NCBI RefSeq assembly: GCF_044704955.1
Contig: NC_091999.1
Location: 9,672,001-9,736,000 of the forward strand
Reading direction: 5' to 3'
DNA: 64,000 nucleotides
DNA from: Pristiophorus japonicus
Lineage: Eukaryota
How positions within the stretch are numbered: position 1 is the stretch's first letter; the number at the start of each line of letters is the position of its first letter. Of this stretch, positions 24,401-38,384 are shown one piece after another. The notes beneath the pieces are model-generated. The model was not told the DNA's origin. It searched no databases and worked only from the letters and a program-made list of their open reading frames with translations. A program made the translations under genes and the position numbers.

Positions 24401-25637
24401 CATATTCTGGTCACTCTTTCCCAAGGGGCCTCGCACAACAATATTGCTAATTAGTCCCTTCTCATTACTCATCACCCAGTCTCGGATGGCCAGCTCTCTC
24501 GTTGGTTCCTCGAAATATTGGTCTAGAAAAGCATCCCTAATACACTCCAGGAAATCCTCCTCCACCGCATTGCTACCAGTTTGGTTAGCCAAAGCAATAA
24601 GTAGATTAAAATCGGCCATGATAACTGCTGTACCTTAATTGCACACAACCCTTATTTATTGTTTGATTCTGTCCCCAACCTCACTACTACTGTTTGGTGG
24701 TCTGTACACAACTTCCACTAGCGTTTTCTGCCCTTTGGTATTCCGCAGCTCCACCCATACCGATTCCACATCATCCAGGCTAATGTCCCTCCTTACTATT
24801 GCATTAATTTCCTCTTTAACCAGCAACGCCACCCCACCTCCTTTTCCTCTCTGTCTATCCTTCCTAATTGTTGAATACCCCTGGACGTTGAGTACCCAGT
24901 CTTGGTCACCCTGGAGCCATGTCTCCATGATGCCAATTACATCATACCCGTTAACTGCTATCTGCGCAGTTAATTCATCCACCTTATTCCGAATACTCCT
25001 CGCATTGAGGCACAGAGCCTTCAGGCTTGTCTTTTTGACACACTTTGCCCCTTTAGAATTTTGTTTTTTGCCTTGGGTTTCTCTGCCCTCCACTTTTACT
25101 ATTCTCCTTTCTATCTTTTGCTTCTGCCTCCATTTGATTTCCCCCTGTCTCCCTGCATAGGTTCCCATCCCCTTGCCATGTTAGTTTAACTCCTCCCCAC
25201 AGCACTAGCAAACATTCTCCCTGGGACACTGGTTCCAGTCCAGCCCAGGTGCAGACCGTCTGGTTTGTACTGGTCCTACCTCCCCCAGAACCGGTTCCAA
25301 TGTCCCAGGAATTTGAATCCCTCCCTTCTGCACCACTCCTCAAGCCACGTATTCATCTGAGCTATCCTGCAATTCCTGGTCTGACTCGCACGTGGCACTG
25401 GTAGCAATGCACAAGAACCCCCCAGGTCTCTCTGTACTGCAACACTTTCCAATTTTTCTCCATTTAAATTATAATTTGCTTTTCTATTATTTCTGCTGAA
25501 CCTCACATTTTCTCACATTATACTCCATCTGCCAAATTTTTGCCCACTCACTTATCCTGACTATATCCCTTTGCACATTTTTTGTGTCCTCACAATTTGC
25601 TTTCCCACCCATGTTTGCATCATCAGCAAACTAGGCA
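21436..25637 (-). mobile_element. CR1 3' fragment (21436-22132 and 25409-25637) interrupted by a younger CR1
   Basis: The CR1 tail sequence TTTGTGTTTCA|GCACAAG is split by the 22133-25408 insertion. Confidence 0.75.
22133..25408 (-). mobile_element. Young CR1 LINE: end of ORF1 plus near-complete ORF2 (APE + RT) with a few stops/frameshifts
   Basis: 414-aa RT ORF 22716-23960 (YRPVSLTS, YLDFQKAF, GVPQGSVLG, FADDTK); APE LCLNARSI/ETWL (24656-25168); (ATAGAAAC)n tail at 22141. Confidence 0.92.
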
Positions 25638-26107
25638 ACATGGCTGTGACTGAAACGTGGTTGAGAGGCAGTGGCACCTTACCCTTAAATGAAGCCTCCC
25701 CGCCTGCCTTATTTTCAAATCCCTCCATGGCCTGGCCCGTCCCTACCTCTGTAACCTTCTTCTGCCCCATAACCCCTCCTCCCCTGCCCCCGATATGTCT
25801 GCGCTCCTCCAGGTTTGCTCCCTTGACCATCCCTTATTATAATCACTCAACCATCGGTGGCTGCGCCTTCTGTTGTCTCGGCCCCAATCTCTGAAACTCC
25901 CTGCCTAAACCTCTCCGCCTCACTATCTCATTTAAGACACCCCTTTAAACCTTTCTCTTTGAACAAGGTTCAGTTTAGCTGCACTAATTTCTACTTATAT
26001 GGCTCGGTCTCAATTTTTAAAAGTCTCATCATACTCCTGTGAAGCGCCTTTGGACGTTTCACTACGTTAAAGGTGCTATATAAATGCAAGTTGTTTTTGT
26101 TGTTTGT

Positions 26108-26330
26108 CTTTTCTGTTTACGCGCCTCATTCTCCGACATGAGTGCAACTCTATGATTAAACAGATGGGGTGCTGTTGCAGTGAATAACTTGCTGCAGCTC
26201 CGCTCACTGTACACTGAGTTCTGGATTAACTCTTTACGTACTGGACCATCACATCCGCTTTCAAGCCACTCTTGTGCTAATAAATGCACAATCTAGTGTA
26301 TGAGGCTAATTTGTTTTAATCCTCCAGGAT
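26108..26330. repeat. Copy 1 of a ~225-bp triplicated non-TE-like element (others at 31575-31800 and 38385-38612)
   Basis: Shared core CTATGAT..CAGATG..ACTTGCTGCAGCTCCGCTCACTG..CTGAGTT(C/T)TGGATTAAC..TTTCAAG..ACTCTTGTG. Confidence 0.85.
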
Positions 26331-27039
26331 GAATAGAACAACAAAATTATTTTCATTCCCTCTTTTCATTTCATTTTTTTTTGTTCAAAGCTCACAGTTT
26401 GCTGGATGTCTTGGTCTCCTGAAGTAAAACGAAGTGATTGTTATCAGCTTTATTTGGCCTTTATTTGCAAAGGGGATGGAGTATAAAAGCAGGAAAGTCT
26501 TGCTACAGCTTTTGGTGAGACCACACCTGGAGTACTGTGTGCAGTTTTGTTTTCCATATTTATGAAAGGATATACTTGCTTTGGAGGCAGTTCAGAGAAG
26601 GTTCACTCGGTTGATTCCGGAGATGAGGGGGTTGACTTATGAGGAAAGGTTGAGTACGTTAGGCCTCTACTCATTGGAGTTCAGAAGAATGCGAGGTGAT
26701 CTTATCAAAAAGGTTAACACCAGCAACGATAGACCCGTTCAAATTTATTAGAGACTTTAATAAGTTCATTAGGGAACATAAATTATTCTCAATATCTGAC
26801 CGGCCAACAAGTAAAGTTTGTTAATTGAATGCTGAGGCGTGAATTCTTAGGGATCTTTAAGATTCGATTAGTTAGTGGTAGAGGAGATATTTCTAGTTCT
26901 AGTGGAGTCCGAAACCATCGGCCATAAATATAATATAGTCACTAATAGATCCAAGAGGGAATTGTGAATCTTTCCCCCATCTCCCACAGTGTCTCTATAT
27001 CATGTTTTAATAACACGGAGGCCAGAACTGTGTACAGTA

Positions 27040-27500
27040 AGGGAACAATAGCATAGCGGTTATGTTATTGAACCAGTAATCCAGAGACCTGGATTAATGA
27101 TCGGTGACATGACTATAAATCCCACCATGGCAGTTAAATGCAGTATTTAATTTAATTTGGAATTAATAAAAACAGTATCAGTAATGGTGAATTTAAATTC
27201 AGTATTTCATTTAATTTGGAATTCATAAAAACAGTATCAGTACTGGTGACTTTGAAACTACTGGATTTTCTTAAAAACCCATTTGTTACACTCATGTCCT
27301 TTAGGTAAGGAAATCTGACGTCCTTACTTAGTCTGGCCTACATGTGACTCCAGGCCTACAGCAATGTAGTTGACTCTTAACTGCTCTCTGAAATGGCCGA
27401 GCAAGCCATTCAGTTGTATAAGGCAGCTCACCACCACCTTCTCAAGGGCAATAAATGCTGGCCTTGCCAGTGACGCCCACATTATGTGAATGAATAAAAC
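27040..27500 (+). mobile_element. tRNA-derived SINE sharing its 3' tail with the adjacent LINE
   Basis: Head TAGCATAGCGGTTATGTTA..AAATCCCACCATGGCAG and tail GGCAGCTCACCACCACCTTCTCAAGGGC; other copies at ~44005-44480 (+), ~42480-42935 (-) and ~60935-61300 (-). Confidence 0.7.
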
Positions 27501-27739
27501 ATTTTATATTCGAATGTTGACGATATTTAAATTCACTTAATTAAATTAATATGGTATAAAAAGCTAGTGTCAGTAATGGTGACGATGGAACTATCGGTTT
27601 GCGGTAAAAACCTATGTGGCCCACTAATGTCATTTAAGTAAGGACATCTGCCGTCCTTACCTGGTCTGGCCTTTATGCAACTCCAGACCCGCAGCAATGT
27701 GGTTAACTGCCCTCTAAAATGGCTTAACTGGACTAGCCA

Positions 27740-29330
27740 CATAAATACCGCTACAAGAGCAGGTCAGAGGCTGGGTATTCTGCGGCGAGTATCTCACCTC
27801 TTGACACCCAAAGCATGTCCACCATCTGGATAGAAATGCTATGTGCCCCGACAGACGTGTGCTCAAGAACTAGCCGCACCTCTAGCCAAACTATTGCTGT
27901 AGAGCTACAACATTATCACCTCCCCGACAGCGTGGACAATTGACCAGGTATGTCCTGTCAACAAAAATAAGGACCAATCTAATCTCGCAAATTATCGCCC
28001 CATCAGTCTTCTCTCAATCATCAGCAGAGTGATGAAAGATGTCATTACAATGCTATCAAGCGGCACTTACTTATCAATAACCTGCTCACCGATGATCAGT
28101 TTGGGTTCCGGCAGGACCACTTGGCTCCACACCTCACTGCAGCCTTATCCAAACATGGACAAAGGAGCTGAAATCCAGAGGTGAGGTGAGAGTGACTACC
28201 CTTAACATCAAGGCAGCATTTGACTGAGTGTGGCATCAAGGAGCCCTAGTAAAACTGAAGTCAACGGGAATCAGAGGGAAAACTCTTCACTGGCTGGAGT
28301 CATATCTAGCACAAAGGAAGATGGCTGTGGTGGTTGGAGTTCAATTATCCCAGCCCCAGGACATTGCTGCAGGAGTTCCCCAGGGCAGTGTCCCAGGCCC
28401 AAACATCTTGAGCTGCTTCATCAATGACGTTCCCTACACCATAAGGTCAGAAGTGGGGATGTTCGCTGATGCCTGCACAGTGTTCAGTTCCATTCGCAAC
28501 TCCTTAGATAATCAGGCAGCCTGAACCCGCAGGCATCAATACCTGAAAAACATTCAGACTTGGGCTGATAAATGGCAAGTGCCAGGCAATGTCTATCGCC
28601 AACAAGCGAGAATCTAACCACTGCCACTTGACATTCAATGGCAGTAGTATCATTGCATCCCTCACCATCAACATCGTGGGGGTCACCATTGACGAGAAAC
28701 TGAACTGGACCAGCCACATAAATACTGTGGCAACAAGAGCAGGTCAGAGGCTGGGTATTCTGAGGCGAGTGTCTCAACTCCTGACTCCCCAAAGCCTTTC
28801 CACCACCTGCAAGACACAAGTCAGGAGTGTGATGGAATTCTCCCAACTTGCCTGGATGACTGCAGCTCCAACAAGACTCAAGAAGCTGGACACCATCTGG
28901 GATAAAGCGGCCAGCTTGATTGGCAACCCATCCACCACCTCAAACATTCACTCCCTGCACCGCCAGCGCAGTGTGGTTGCAGTATATACCATTTACAAGA
29001 TGCACTGCAGCAACTCGCCAAGGCTTCTTCGGCAGCACCTCCCAAACCCGCGACCTTTACCACCTAGACGGACAGAGGCAGCAGGCGCATGGGCACACCA
29101 TTACCTGCAAGTTCCCCTCCAAGTTAAACACCATACTGACATGGAAATATATCACCGTTCCTTCATCGTCGCTGGGTCAAAATCATGGAACTGCCTCCCT
29201 AACAGCACGATGGGAGTACCTCCATCATACGGACTGCAGCAGTTCATGAAGGCAGCTCACCAGCACTTCTCAAGGGAAATTACGGATGACCAATAAATGC
29301 CGGCCTAGCCAGCGATGCCCACATCCCAGG
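27740..29330 (+). mobile_element. Non-LTR retrotransposon RT/3' region (CR1/L2 group)
   Basis: RT motifs YRPISLLS (read from DNA), GVPQGSV and FAD (ORF 28228), C-terminal region in ORF 28589; 3' end shared with the SINE above. Confidence 0.85.
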
Positions 29331-29339
29331 AACCCAGAG

Positions 29340-30600
29340 ATTGAGGCAGGAGAAAACATGGGGAATAAGGAAATGGCAGAAATGTTAAGCAAATATTTTG
29401 TATCTGTCTTCACAATAGAAGACGCAAAAAGCATACCTAAAATTGTGGGGAACCAAGGGTCTAAAGAGGGTGAGGAACTTAATGTAATTAATATAAGTAG
29501 AAAAAAAGTACGAGAGTAACTAATGGGACTAAAAGCCGACAACTCCCCTGGACGTCCTACACACGAGGGTTTTAAAAGAGGTGGCTGCAGAGATAGTGGA
29601 TGCATTAGCTTTCATCTTTCAAAATTACCTAGATTCAAAACAGTCCCAGTGGATTAGAAGATAGCAAAAGTAACACCACTATTCAAGAAAGAAGGGACAG
29701 AGAAAACAGGGAACTACATGCCATGTAGTCGGACGTCAGTCGTCGGGAGAATGCTGGAATCCATTATTAAGGAAGTGGTATCAGGGCACTTTGATCATCA
29801 TCATTAGGCAGAGTCAACATGGTTTCTTGAAAGGGAAATCGTATTTGATAAAACATAATTAGAGTTTTTTGAGGATATAACTAACAGGGTAGAGGGTACT
29901 TCTGCATGAAACACAAAAGGATAGTATGCAGGTACAGCAAGTGATCAGGAAGGCCAATGGTTTGGCCTTTGTTGCAAAGGGGATAGAGTATAAAAGCGGG
30001 GAAGTCTTACTACAGCTAGATAAGGTATTGGTAAGACCACACCTGGAATACTGCGTGCAGTTTTGGATTCAGTATTTGCGGAGGGGTGTGCTTGCTTTGG
30101 AGGCAGTTCAGAAAAGGTTCACTAGGTTGATTCTGGGGATGAGGGGGTTGACTTATGAGGAAATGTTGAGTAGGGTGAGCCTCTACTCATTGGAATTCAG
30201 AAGAATGAGAGGTGATCTTATCGAAACGTATAAGATTATCAGGGGGCTTGACAAGGTGGATGAAGAGAGGATGTTTCCACTGATGGGGGAGACTAAAACT
30301 CGAGGGCACGATTTTAGAATAAGAGGCCGCCCATTTAAAACAGAGATGAGGAGAAATTTATTCTCTCAGAGGGTTGTAAATCTGTGAAATTTGCTGTGGA
30401 AGCTGGGACATTGAATACATTTAAGAGAGAAATAGACAGTTTCTTAAACGATAAGGGGATAAGGGGTTATGGGGAGCGGGCGGGGAAGTGGAGCTGAGTC
30501 CACGATCAGATCAGCCATGATCTTATTGAATGGCGGAGCAGGCTCGAGGGGCCTTACGACCTACGACCTACTCCTGTTCCTATTTCTTATGTTCTTATGT
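29340..30600 (+). mobile_element. Internally deleted CR1 ORF2/3' end
   Basis: MGNKEMAEMLSKYFVSVFT; MQVQQVIRKANG...RRMRGDLIETYK; TTCTTATGTTCTTATG tail. Confidence 0.85.
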
Positions 30601-31024
30601 TATAAAGTGGAACCAGTGGATGTAGTATATTTAAGTTTATAAGGTACCACATAAAAAGTTATTACACAAGATAAAGACTCTTGGGATTGGAGCTAATGTA
30701 TTGGCATGGATAGAGAATTGGTTAACAGGCAGAAAACAGAGAGTAGGAATAAACGGGTCAATGTTGCTTGAGCCATTAACGGCATAGACTATGGAAAGAC
30801 TAGAGAAGCTATGATCATTCTCAGAGCAGAGAAGGTTAAGGGGCGATTTAATAATGGTGCTCATAAATATGACGGGTGTTGATAGAGTAAATCAGGAGAA
30901 ACTGTTTACACTCATAGGGCGGACGGATACCAAAAGTCATAGTTAAAAAAAAAATTAAAAATCAGAGGGGTGATGTGCCGATTAAAAAAATGCAACCAGT
31001 TGCAACAATTTGGAATGAAAATGA

Positions 31025-31440
31025 ATGTCAGCAGTGGCTTGGTTGGTAGCACCCATGCCACTGATTCAGCAGTTTGTAGATTCACGTCCCAGTCCCGAGA
31101 CCTGAGGACTAAAATATGAGCTGACGCTACACTGAGGGAATGCTGCACTGTCGTTGATGACATCTTTCAGATGAGACTTCTGCCCTCCCATATGGCCATA
31201 GAATATCCCATGGCACTATTTCGAAGAAGAGCAGTGGAGTTCTCTCCCGTCCTGGCCAATATTTATTCCTCAATCAACATTACTATAACAGATTATCTGG
31301 TCATTATCATCTTGTTATATGTGGGAGCTTTCTCTGTACAAATTGGCTGCTGAGCTTCCGACGTGACAGCAGTGTCTGAACTGCAAAAGGACATCCCAAG
31401 GTCGTGCAAGGCGCTATAGAAATGCATGTTGTTTCTTTCC
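31025..31440 (+). mobile_element. Deu-domain SINE (SacSINE1/AmnSINE-like)
   Basis: tRNA-like head plus ACTGAGGGAATGCTGCACTGTCG...TCTTTCAGATGAGAC core; other copies at ~35690-36590 (split by a CR1), ~49735-50440 and ~58845-59200. Confidence 0.65.
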
Positions 31441-31574
31441 TTTTACATATTTGAAAAGAGGAAATGTGCAGTGCTGCGGTGAAGGATCAAGTGAGCGCAT
31501 TGGACTAATTGGATAGCTCTTTCAGAGTCTCCTTCCGTGCTGTACAACTCTGCTATTCTTCGATGTGAGTTATT

Positions 31575-31800
31575 TATCTTTTCTGCTTACGTGCCTCATT
31601 CTACACCGTGACTGCCAATCTATGATAATGCAGATGCGGCACTGTTGCCCTCAACTACTTGCTGCAGCTCCGCTCACTGCACTCTGAGTTTTGGATTAAC
31701 TCTTTAAGTGCTGGATGATCATATTCCCTTTCAAGCAGGACTCTTGTGTGAAAAATTCACCAACTAGAACATGGGGTTAGATTGTTTGAATTCTCCAGGC
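31575..31800. repeat. Copy 2 of triplicated ~225-bp element
   Basis: Aligns by eye to 26108-26330 and 38385-38612. Confidence 0.85.
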
Positions 31801-34800
31801 GGAAAAGCATAATAAAACATATTTACTTTCTTCTCCACTTGCTTTCTTTCTTTCCTTCTTTCTTTCTTTCTTTCTAATGTTTAGTGGCATTATTAACCTG
31901 CGTTGCTGCCTTTAGTGATTTGTGTATCTGCACCCCGAGTTTCCATCGCTCCTCGACTCTATTTAGATGACAGGTCGATAAGGTAGTTTAAACACGTAGA
32001 CAGGTCGATAAGGTAATAAAAACGCATACAAAATGCTTTCCTTTATTAGCCGAGGAATACAATATAAGAGGAGGGAAATTATGCTAGAGCTGTATACAAC
32101 ACTACTTAGGCCACAGCTTGGGTACTGCGTACAGTCCTGGTCACCATATTTCAGGAAATATGTGATTGCACTAGAGAAGGTACAGAGGAGATTTACGAGG
32201 ATGTTGCCAGGACTGGACCATTTTAGCCAAGGGTAAAGAATGGAAAGGCTGGGCTTGTTTCCCTCGGAAAAGAGGAGGCTATGGGGATATTTAATTGAGG
32301 TGTATACAATTATGAGCAGCCTAGATAGAGTGAATAGAAAATACCTATTTCCCTTAACAGAGGTTCGCTAACCAGGGGACATTGATTTAAAGTAGTCGGT
32401 AGAAAGATTAGAGGGGCGATGAGTTTTTGTTTTTCACCCAGAGCGTAGTGGGGGGTCTGGAACTCTTATCACATTTAAAAGGTAATTGGATGTGCACTTA
32501 AAGAGCCGTGACCAACAGGGCCACGGACCTAGTACTGGAAGGTGGGAGTAGGCTGGATCGCTCTTTTTTGACTGGTATGGACATGAGTGGCTGAATGACC
32601 TCCTTCTGCGTAGCAATTTTTCTATGATTTTTCAATGATTCTAGATCCTTATCACCACTAAAAATACAATAAGGAATTGTGACTCTTTTGCCCACCTCAT
32701 CCAGTGCGTCCAAATCATTTTAAATGAATATTGTGGAGCCAGAATTGTGCACAGTGCTAAAAATGTGGTCTAACCAAGGCACCATACAAGTTTTATCTAA
32801 TTGCCCTGCTTTTCAACTGTATCTCTCTGGAGATGAACCCTAGCACTGGGGTTTGCTTTTTTATGGCCTTGTTACCATGTCCCGCTACTTTTCGTGCTCT
32901 GTTTTCCTGTACCCCTAGGTTCCTGTGCTCTTCTACCCCATTTCGATCATTTTTGTCCAAGTGTATGTGGTCCCTTTCTTCTTCCTACCAGAATGTGCCG
33001 TGTCACTTTTATCTACATTGAAATATATTTGCCAGTGAAACAGCCCTGTTGCAAGCTTATTAATGCTTCTTGTATTTTGTCACATTATTCTATTAACTGC
33101 ACCCCCCCCCCCAAATTGGGGACGTCTGCAAATTTTGAAATTGTATTTCCAATTCGCCAGTCCAACTCTTTCTTGTAAATTGTGAACAACATTGTAACTA
33201 TTAAAACGTTACATTATGTGATATCTTGTGTAAAATGCATGTACAGTTTGATCCAATGTATACTGTACGGCTGCATTCAGACTTGTTGCTTGGGCCATGA
33301 ACTTCATAGATTGTGGAGCGACTAGAGACGATGGAATCGTTTTCCTAAGAACAGAGAAGTATAAGGAGATATTTAATAGAGATTTTCAGAATTCTGAGGG
33401 GTTGCGATAAATCAGGAGACGCTGATTACACTGGCAGGGCGGCTGCTAACCCAAGGATACAGATTTTAGAAAATTTAGCATGTAATTTTCATTTTAAATC
33501 AAGTGTTAAAACACATTTGCTGGATGTCTTGTTGTTCTGAAGAAAAACTAAGTGATCGTGATTAATCTGCTTCGATATTGAAGGTAATGACTGCATATTA
33601 GAAGATAAGTATTGGAACGGGAACTCATTTCATTACAATAAAAAAGGTTAACATCAGCTATGATAGAGGTGTTCAAATTTAATAGGGATTTTAATAAGTT
33701 AAATAGGAAACAGAAAATATTGCCAATGGCCGACCAGCAGATAATTAAAATGTATTCATTGAAGGCTGAGTGGTGATTGGATAGAGGTCGTTTAAATTAT
33801 TAAGTGGTTTGATGGGGTAGACGTAGAGAAGATATTTCCAATTTGTGGGAGCCCAAAACTAGGGTACATAAATAGTAGATTGCCACTGATAACTCTAAAG
33901 TGTGAATCTTTTTATCACTTGCTCCATTGCCACAATATGCTTTTTATTATCTGGAGGCCAGAACTGTGCACAGTATTCCAGGAGTGATGTAACAAGTTGG
34001 ATTCAAATTCCCTGCTTTCCAACTCTCGCCCTTTATAAAGTAACCCCGGTGCTTTGTTTGATTTTTTGCGGCCTTATGAACATGCGTTGGTACTGTTAAT
34101 GATTTGTGTATCTTTACCCCGAGTTTCCTTTGGTCCACTGTCCCATTTCGATCCTTATCGTCACCAATAAATCCAATCGGGAATTGTGACTCTTCTCCCC
34201 ACCTCCTCCATTTCGTCTATATTATCTTTTTAATAATCTGGAGGCCAGAACTATACACAGTACTGCAAATGTGCTCCAACCAAAGTGCGATACATGTTTT
34301 ACATGACTGCCCTGCTTTTCAAACGTATCTCTCTGGAGATGAACCTCAGTGCCTGGTTTGCTTTTTATGGCCTTATAAACCTGTGCCGCTACATTTAGTG
34401 CTCTGTGTGTCAGCATGCTTAGCTTCCTTTGCTCTTCTCCCCTATTTAGATCGTTTTTGTTCAAGCCGTATGTGGCCTCTTTATTCTGGTGGGCGACTGG
34501 GTGACGTCATCAGTACCCAGGTCGCCGTTTGGGGCGTGGGCAGGAACATCGGATGGGCCCTGTTACAGCAGAGGAGTGGGAAAGTTCTTGCGGACTTGCG
34601 ATGAGTGATTGGGGCGGAGGAGCGATGAGGGATCATGGCTGAGATTTGGTGGGTGATCGTGGCAGAGGTTCTGCAAATGTCTGGTATGGAGGTGCAGCGG
34701 GAGATCATGGCGGAGGAGCGGCGAATATTTTTGCGGTGGAGGAGCGGTGAAAAATCGCGGCGAATGAGGGTACGAAGCCCACAAGAGCCGAGGGCCTAGG

Positions 34801-35814
34801 GGCAGCGAGGGTCAGCCCACACTGCGATATATGTGCGCACTGGGTCCGTGCAGCAGAGCAGGTCTCCAGCCATCCTGGTTCACCCTTGCCACTGGATAAA
34901 GGTTTCGCTCTGTCAAGTCCGTGTGGTGGCTGATGTGCAACGGTCACCACACGTTAAAAAAATCCACGCACAGGCATTTTCCACCTCTTCAACTGGAGTT
35001 CAGGACTGGTACATCGGGTCCTTCATTGAAACATCTGTGAACTCATGTCGAAACAAGTCATCCCCGTTCGAGGGACCAACTATGATGATGATTCTTCCTA
35101 CCAGAATTCACCACACCACTTTATTCCTATTGAAATTAATTTGCCAGTTAAAGGGCCATTCTGTAAGCTTATTAATGTTGCTTGTATTTTGTCACATTCT
35201 GCCATTTACTGCACCCTCCAACGCGGTGCCATCTGCAAATTTTGAAACTGTAGTTCCAATTCGCCAGTCCAAATCGATCTTGGAAATTTTGATCAACAGT
35301 GCATTTTTAACGTAACAATTAAAACGTGAAGTTACGTGATATCTTCTGCAAAGAGTGTAAACAATTTGACCCAACGTACACTGCAAGGCTGCATTCAGAC
35401 TTTACACTTCAACGCTGCTTGAACCATTAAATTCATAGCCTGTGGAGAGACTAGGGAAGCTCGGATCGTTCTCCTTGGAGCAGAAAAGGTCAAGTGACGA
35501 TTTAATGGAAGTGTTCAGAAATATGAATGATATTGATAGCGTAAATCAGGAGCAACTGTTTACACTCGCAGGGTGGCTGGAAAACAAAGGGCCTACAATG
35601 CAAAAACATTCCCTCCAAAAATTCAGAGGGAGGGACGTGGAGATTTGTTTTTAAACGGAGCGAGTTGTTACGATTCAGAATGTAATTGACTGTCAGCCGT
35701 GGTTCAGTTGGTAGCATCCATGACACTGAGTCAGCAATTTGTAGATTCAAATCCGAGTCCAGAAACTCAAGCATAAAACTCTAAGCTGACACTCCAGTGC
35801 AGTACTGAGGGCAC

Positions 35815-36470
35815 ATAAGAATATAAGAAATAGGAGCAGGAGTAGGCCATTTGGCTCCTCGAGCCTGCTCCGCCATTCAATATGACCATGGCTAAACTGA
35901 TCATGCACTTCCCTGCCCGATACCATAATCCTTTACTCCTTTATCGCTCAAGGTGTCTATCTCCACCTTAAATATATTCAATGACCCAGCCTCCACAGTT
36001 CTCTGGGGCAGAGAATTCCATAGATTTACAACCCCCTGAGAGAAAAAATTCCTCCTCGTCTCAGTTTTAAATGGGCGGCACCTTATTTTCAGACTATGTC
36101 CCCTAGTTTTAGTTTCCTCTATGAGTGGAAATATCCTCTCTGCATCCACCTTGTCGAGACCCCTCATTATCTTATAAGTTTTAATAAGATCAACTCTCAT
36201 TCTTCTGAACTCCAACTTCTCAACCTACTCAACCTATCCTCATAAGTCAACCCCCTCCTCTCTGGTATCAACCGAGTGAACCTTCTATGAACAGCCTCCA
36301 ATGTAAATATATCCTTCCATAAATACGGAGACGAAAACTGCACGCAGCACTCCAGGTGTGGCCTCGCCAATACCCTGTACAGTTGTAGCAGGACATTTCT
36401 GCTTTTATACTCTATCCCCCTTGCAATAAAGGCTAACATTCCATTTGCCTTCCTGCTTACTGGCTGTACC
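35815..36470 (-). mobile_element. CR1 3' fragment nested in a Deu-SINE
   Basis: ORFs 35901-36215 and 36197-36499 (LECCVQF, RRMRVDLIKTYK); SINE halves flank it. Confidence 0.8.
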
Positions 36471-38384
36471 TTGGAGAACTGCACTGTCGGAGGTGCCATC
36501 TTTCATAAATAGAGGCCCCGCCTGTCCTTCCCTGTGGCCATAAAGAATCCCATGACAATATTTAGAAGAAATGTAGCGGAGATCTTCCCAGTAATGTAAA
36601 TTGTGGACAACTGTGTAGTTGCAAATGTAACAAATAGCACCTTAAATTAGGTGATATCTTGTGGAAAGTGTATAAACAGTTTGATCCAGCATGTGCTGTA
36701 TGGCTGTGTGCAGATTTTACATATCAGTTTTGTTTTGTCCATTAACTTCATAGACACTGGAGAGACTAGCGAAGATGTGATTGTTAAGGAGAGACTGAAT
36801 AGAGATATTCAGGATTATAAGGGACTTTGATAGAGTAAATCAAAAGATATTGTTTACACTGGCAGCAGCCGCCAGTAACCCAAGATACAGATGAAAGACA
36901 ATTCAATTTTAAGTTTAGCGTTCAAACCACACTGTTTCCTGGATTTCTTGGTGTCCTGAAGAAAAACTAAGTGATCGTGATAATTCTGTTTCGATATTAA
37001 TGTAAATAATTGCAGATTAATCAATAACGGTTTAAACCAGAACTCTTTTTGTTACAATAAAGAAATTAAATCCAGCAATTATAGAACTGTTCAAATTTAT
37101 TAGAGGCTTTAACATGCTCAAAAGGGAAAATAAAATATTCCCAATGATCGACCAGTCGATAACTAAAGTGTGTTAGTTGGAGGCTGAGGGCTGACCGGAT
37201 AGAGGTGTTTAAAACTTATGAAGTGGCTTGATAAGGTAGACATAGAGGAGATATTTCCAATTGTAGGGGAGACCGAAACTAAGAGCAATACATATAAGAT
37301 AGTCACTAATAAATCTTTTTCCCATCTCCTCCATTGCCTCCTTATCATTTTTTATACGATGGAGGCCAGAACTATACACAGTACTAACAAGTGTGGTTTA
37401 ACCTAGGTTCGCTGCTGCTTTAACATGACTTCCCTATTTTTCAATTCTGTCACTCTAGAAATATACTTGGGTTGCTTTTTATGACCTTATTAACCTGCGT
37501 TTCTACTCTTAGTGGTTTGTGTATCTACCCTATTTCCCTATTTACGTTCTTATTGTCCAAGCACAATGTCGCCATCTTATGCTTCCTACTAAAATGTACC
37601 TCACACTTATCTATATTGAAATTAATTTGCCAATTAACTGCCCGTTCTGCAAGCTTCTTGTCTTTTGTGTATTCTTCCCTTGTGTTAACTACGCACCCCC
37701 AATTTGGGCCCGTCCGCAAATTTTGATATTGTACTTGCGATTCTCGAGTCCAAATCGTTCATGAGAATTGTGAACAACTATGTAGTTGAAAATATAAGAA
37801 ATAAAACTTTAAATGTGGTGATATCTTGTGTAAAGTGCATAACCAGTTTGAGTCAACGTATATTGTACGGCTGCATACAGACTTTACATTTCAGTATTGC
37901 TTTACACATAAACTTCATAGATACTGCAGAGACTAGAGAAGATGTGATTGTTTTCCTTAGAGCAGAGATGGTTGAGGAGAGACTTAATGGAGATGTTCAG
38001 AAATAGGAGGGGTTTTGATAGAGTCAATCAGGACTAACGGATTACACTGGCAGGGTGGCCGGGAACCAAAGGACATAGATTTAAGATAATTTACAAAAAA
38101 CAAATCTAGCGGGGAGATGTGACGACTGTTTCTAATGCAGCGTGATGTGGTCTGGAACACAGTGCCAGAAAGCGTGCTGGAAGCGAATTCCATTGTAACT
38201 TTCAAAAGGAAATTGGATAAATACTTGAAAAGGAGACATTTGCAGGACTATGGGAACAGAGCAGGTGGCGGGACGGGACTTATTGGATAGATTTTTCAAG
38301 GAGCCAGCACAGACACGCTAGGCTGAATGGACTTATGGACTCCTTCCGTGCTGTACGATTCTATGTACTCAGCAATGAGTTGTT

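Larger units (their letters stand above)
20880..26090 (+). mobile_element. Internally deleted L2-type element (20880-21435 and 25638-26090) split by nested CR1 insertions
   Basis: APE N-terminus QNVPSLANK...HELIEDDCIDI at ~21365-21435 resumes as MAVTETWL at 25640, then jumps directly to L2 3'-end sequence. Confidence 0.7.

Noticed and set aside
34480-35090. GC-rich stretch with several short ORFs
   Set aside because: It interrupts an old CR1 fragment (TCTTTATTC...TTCTTCCTACCAG) and ends in a (TGA)n tail, so it is most likely a retroposon insertion, not a gene.
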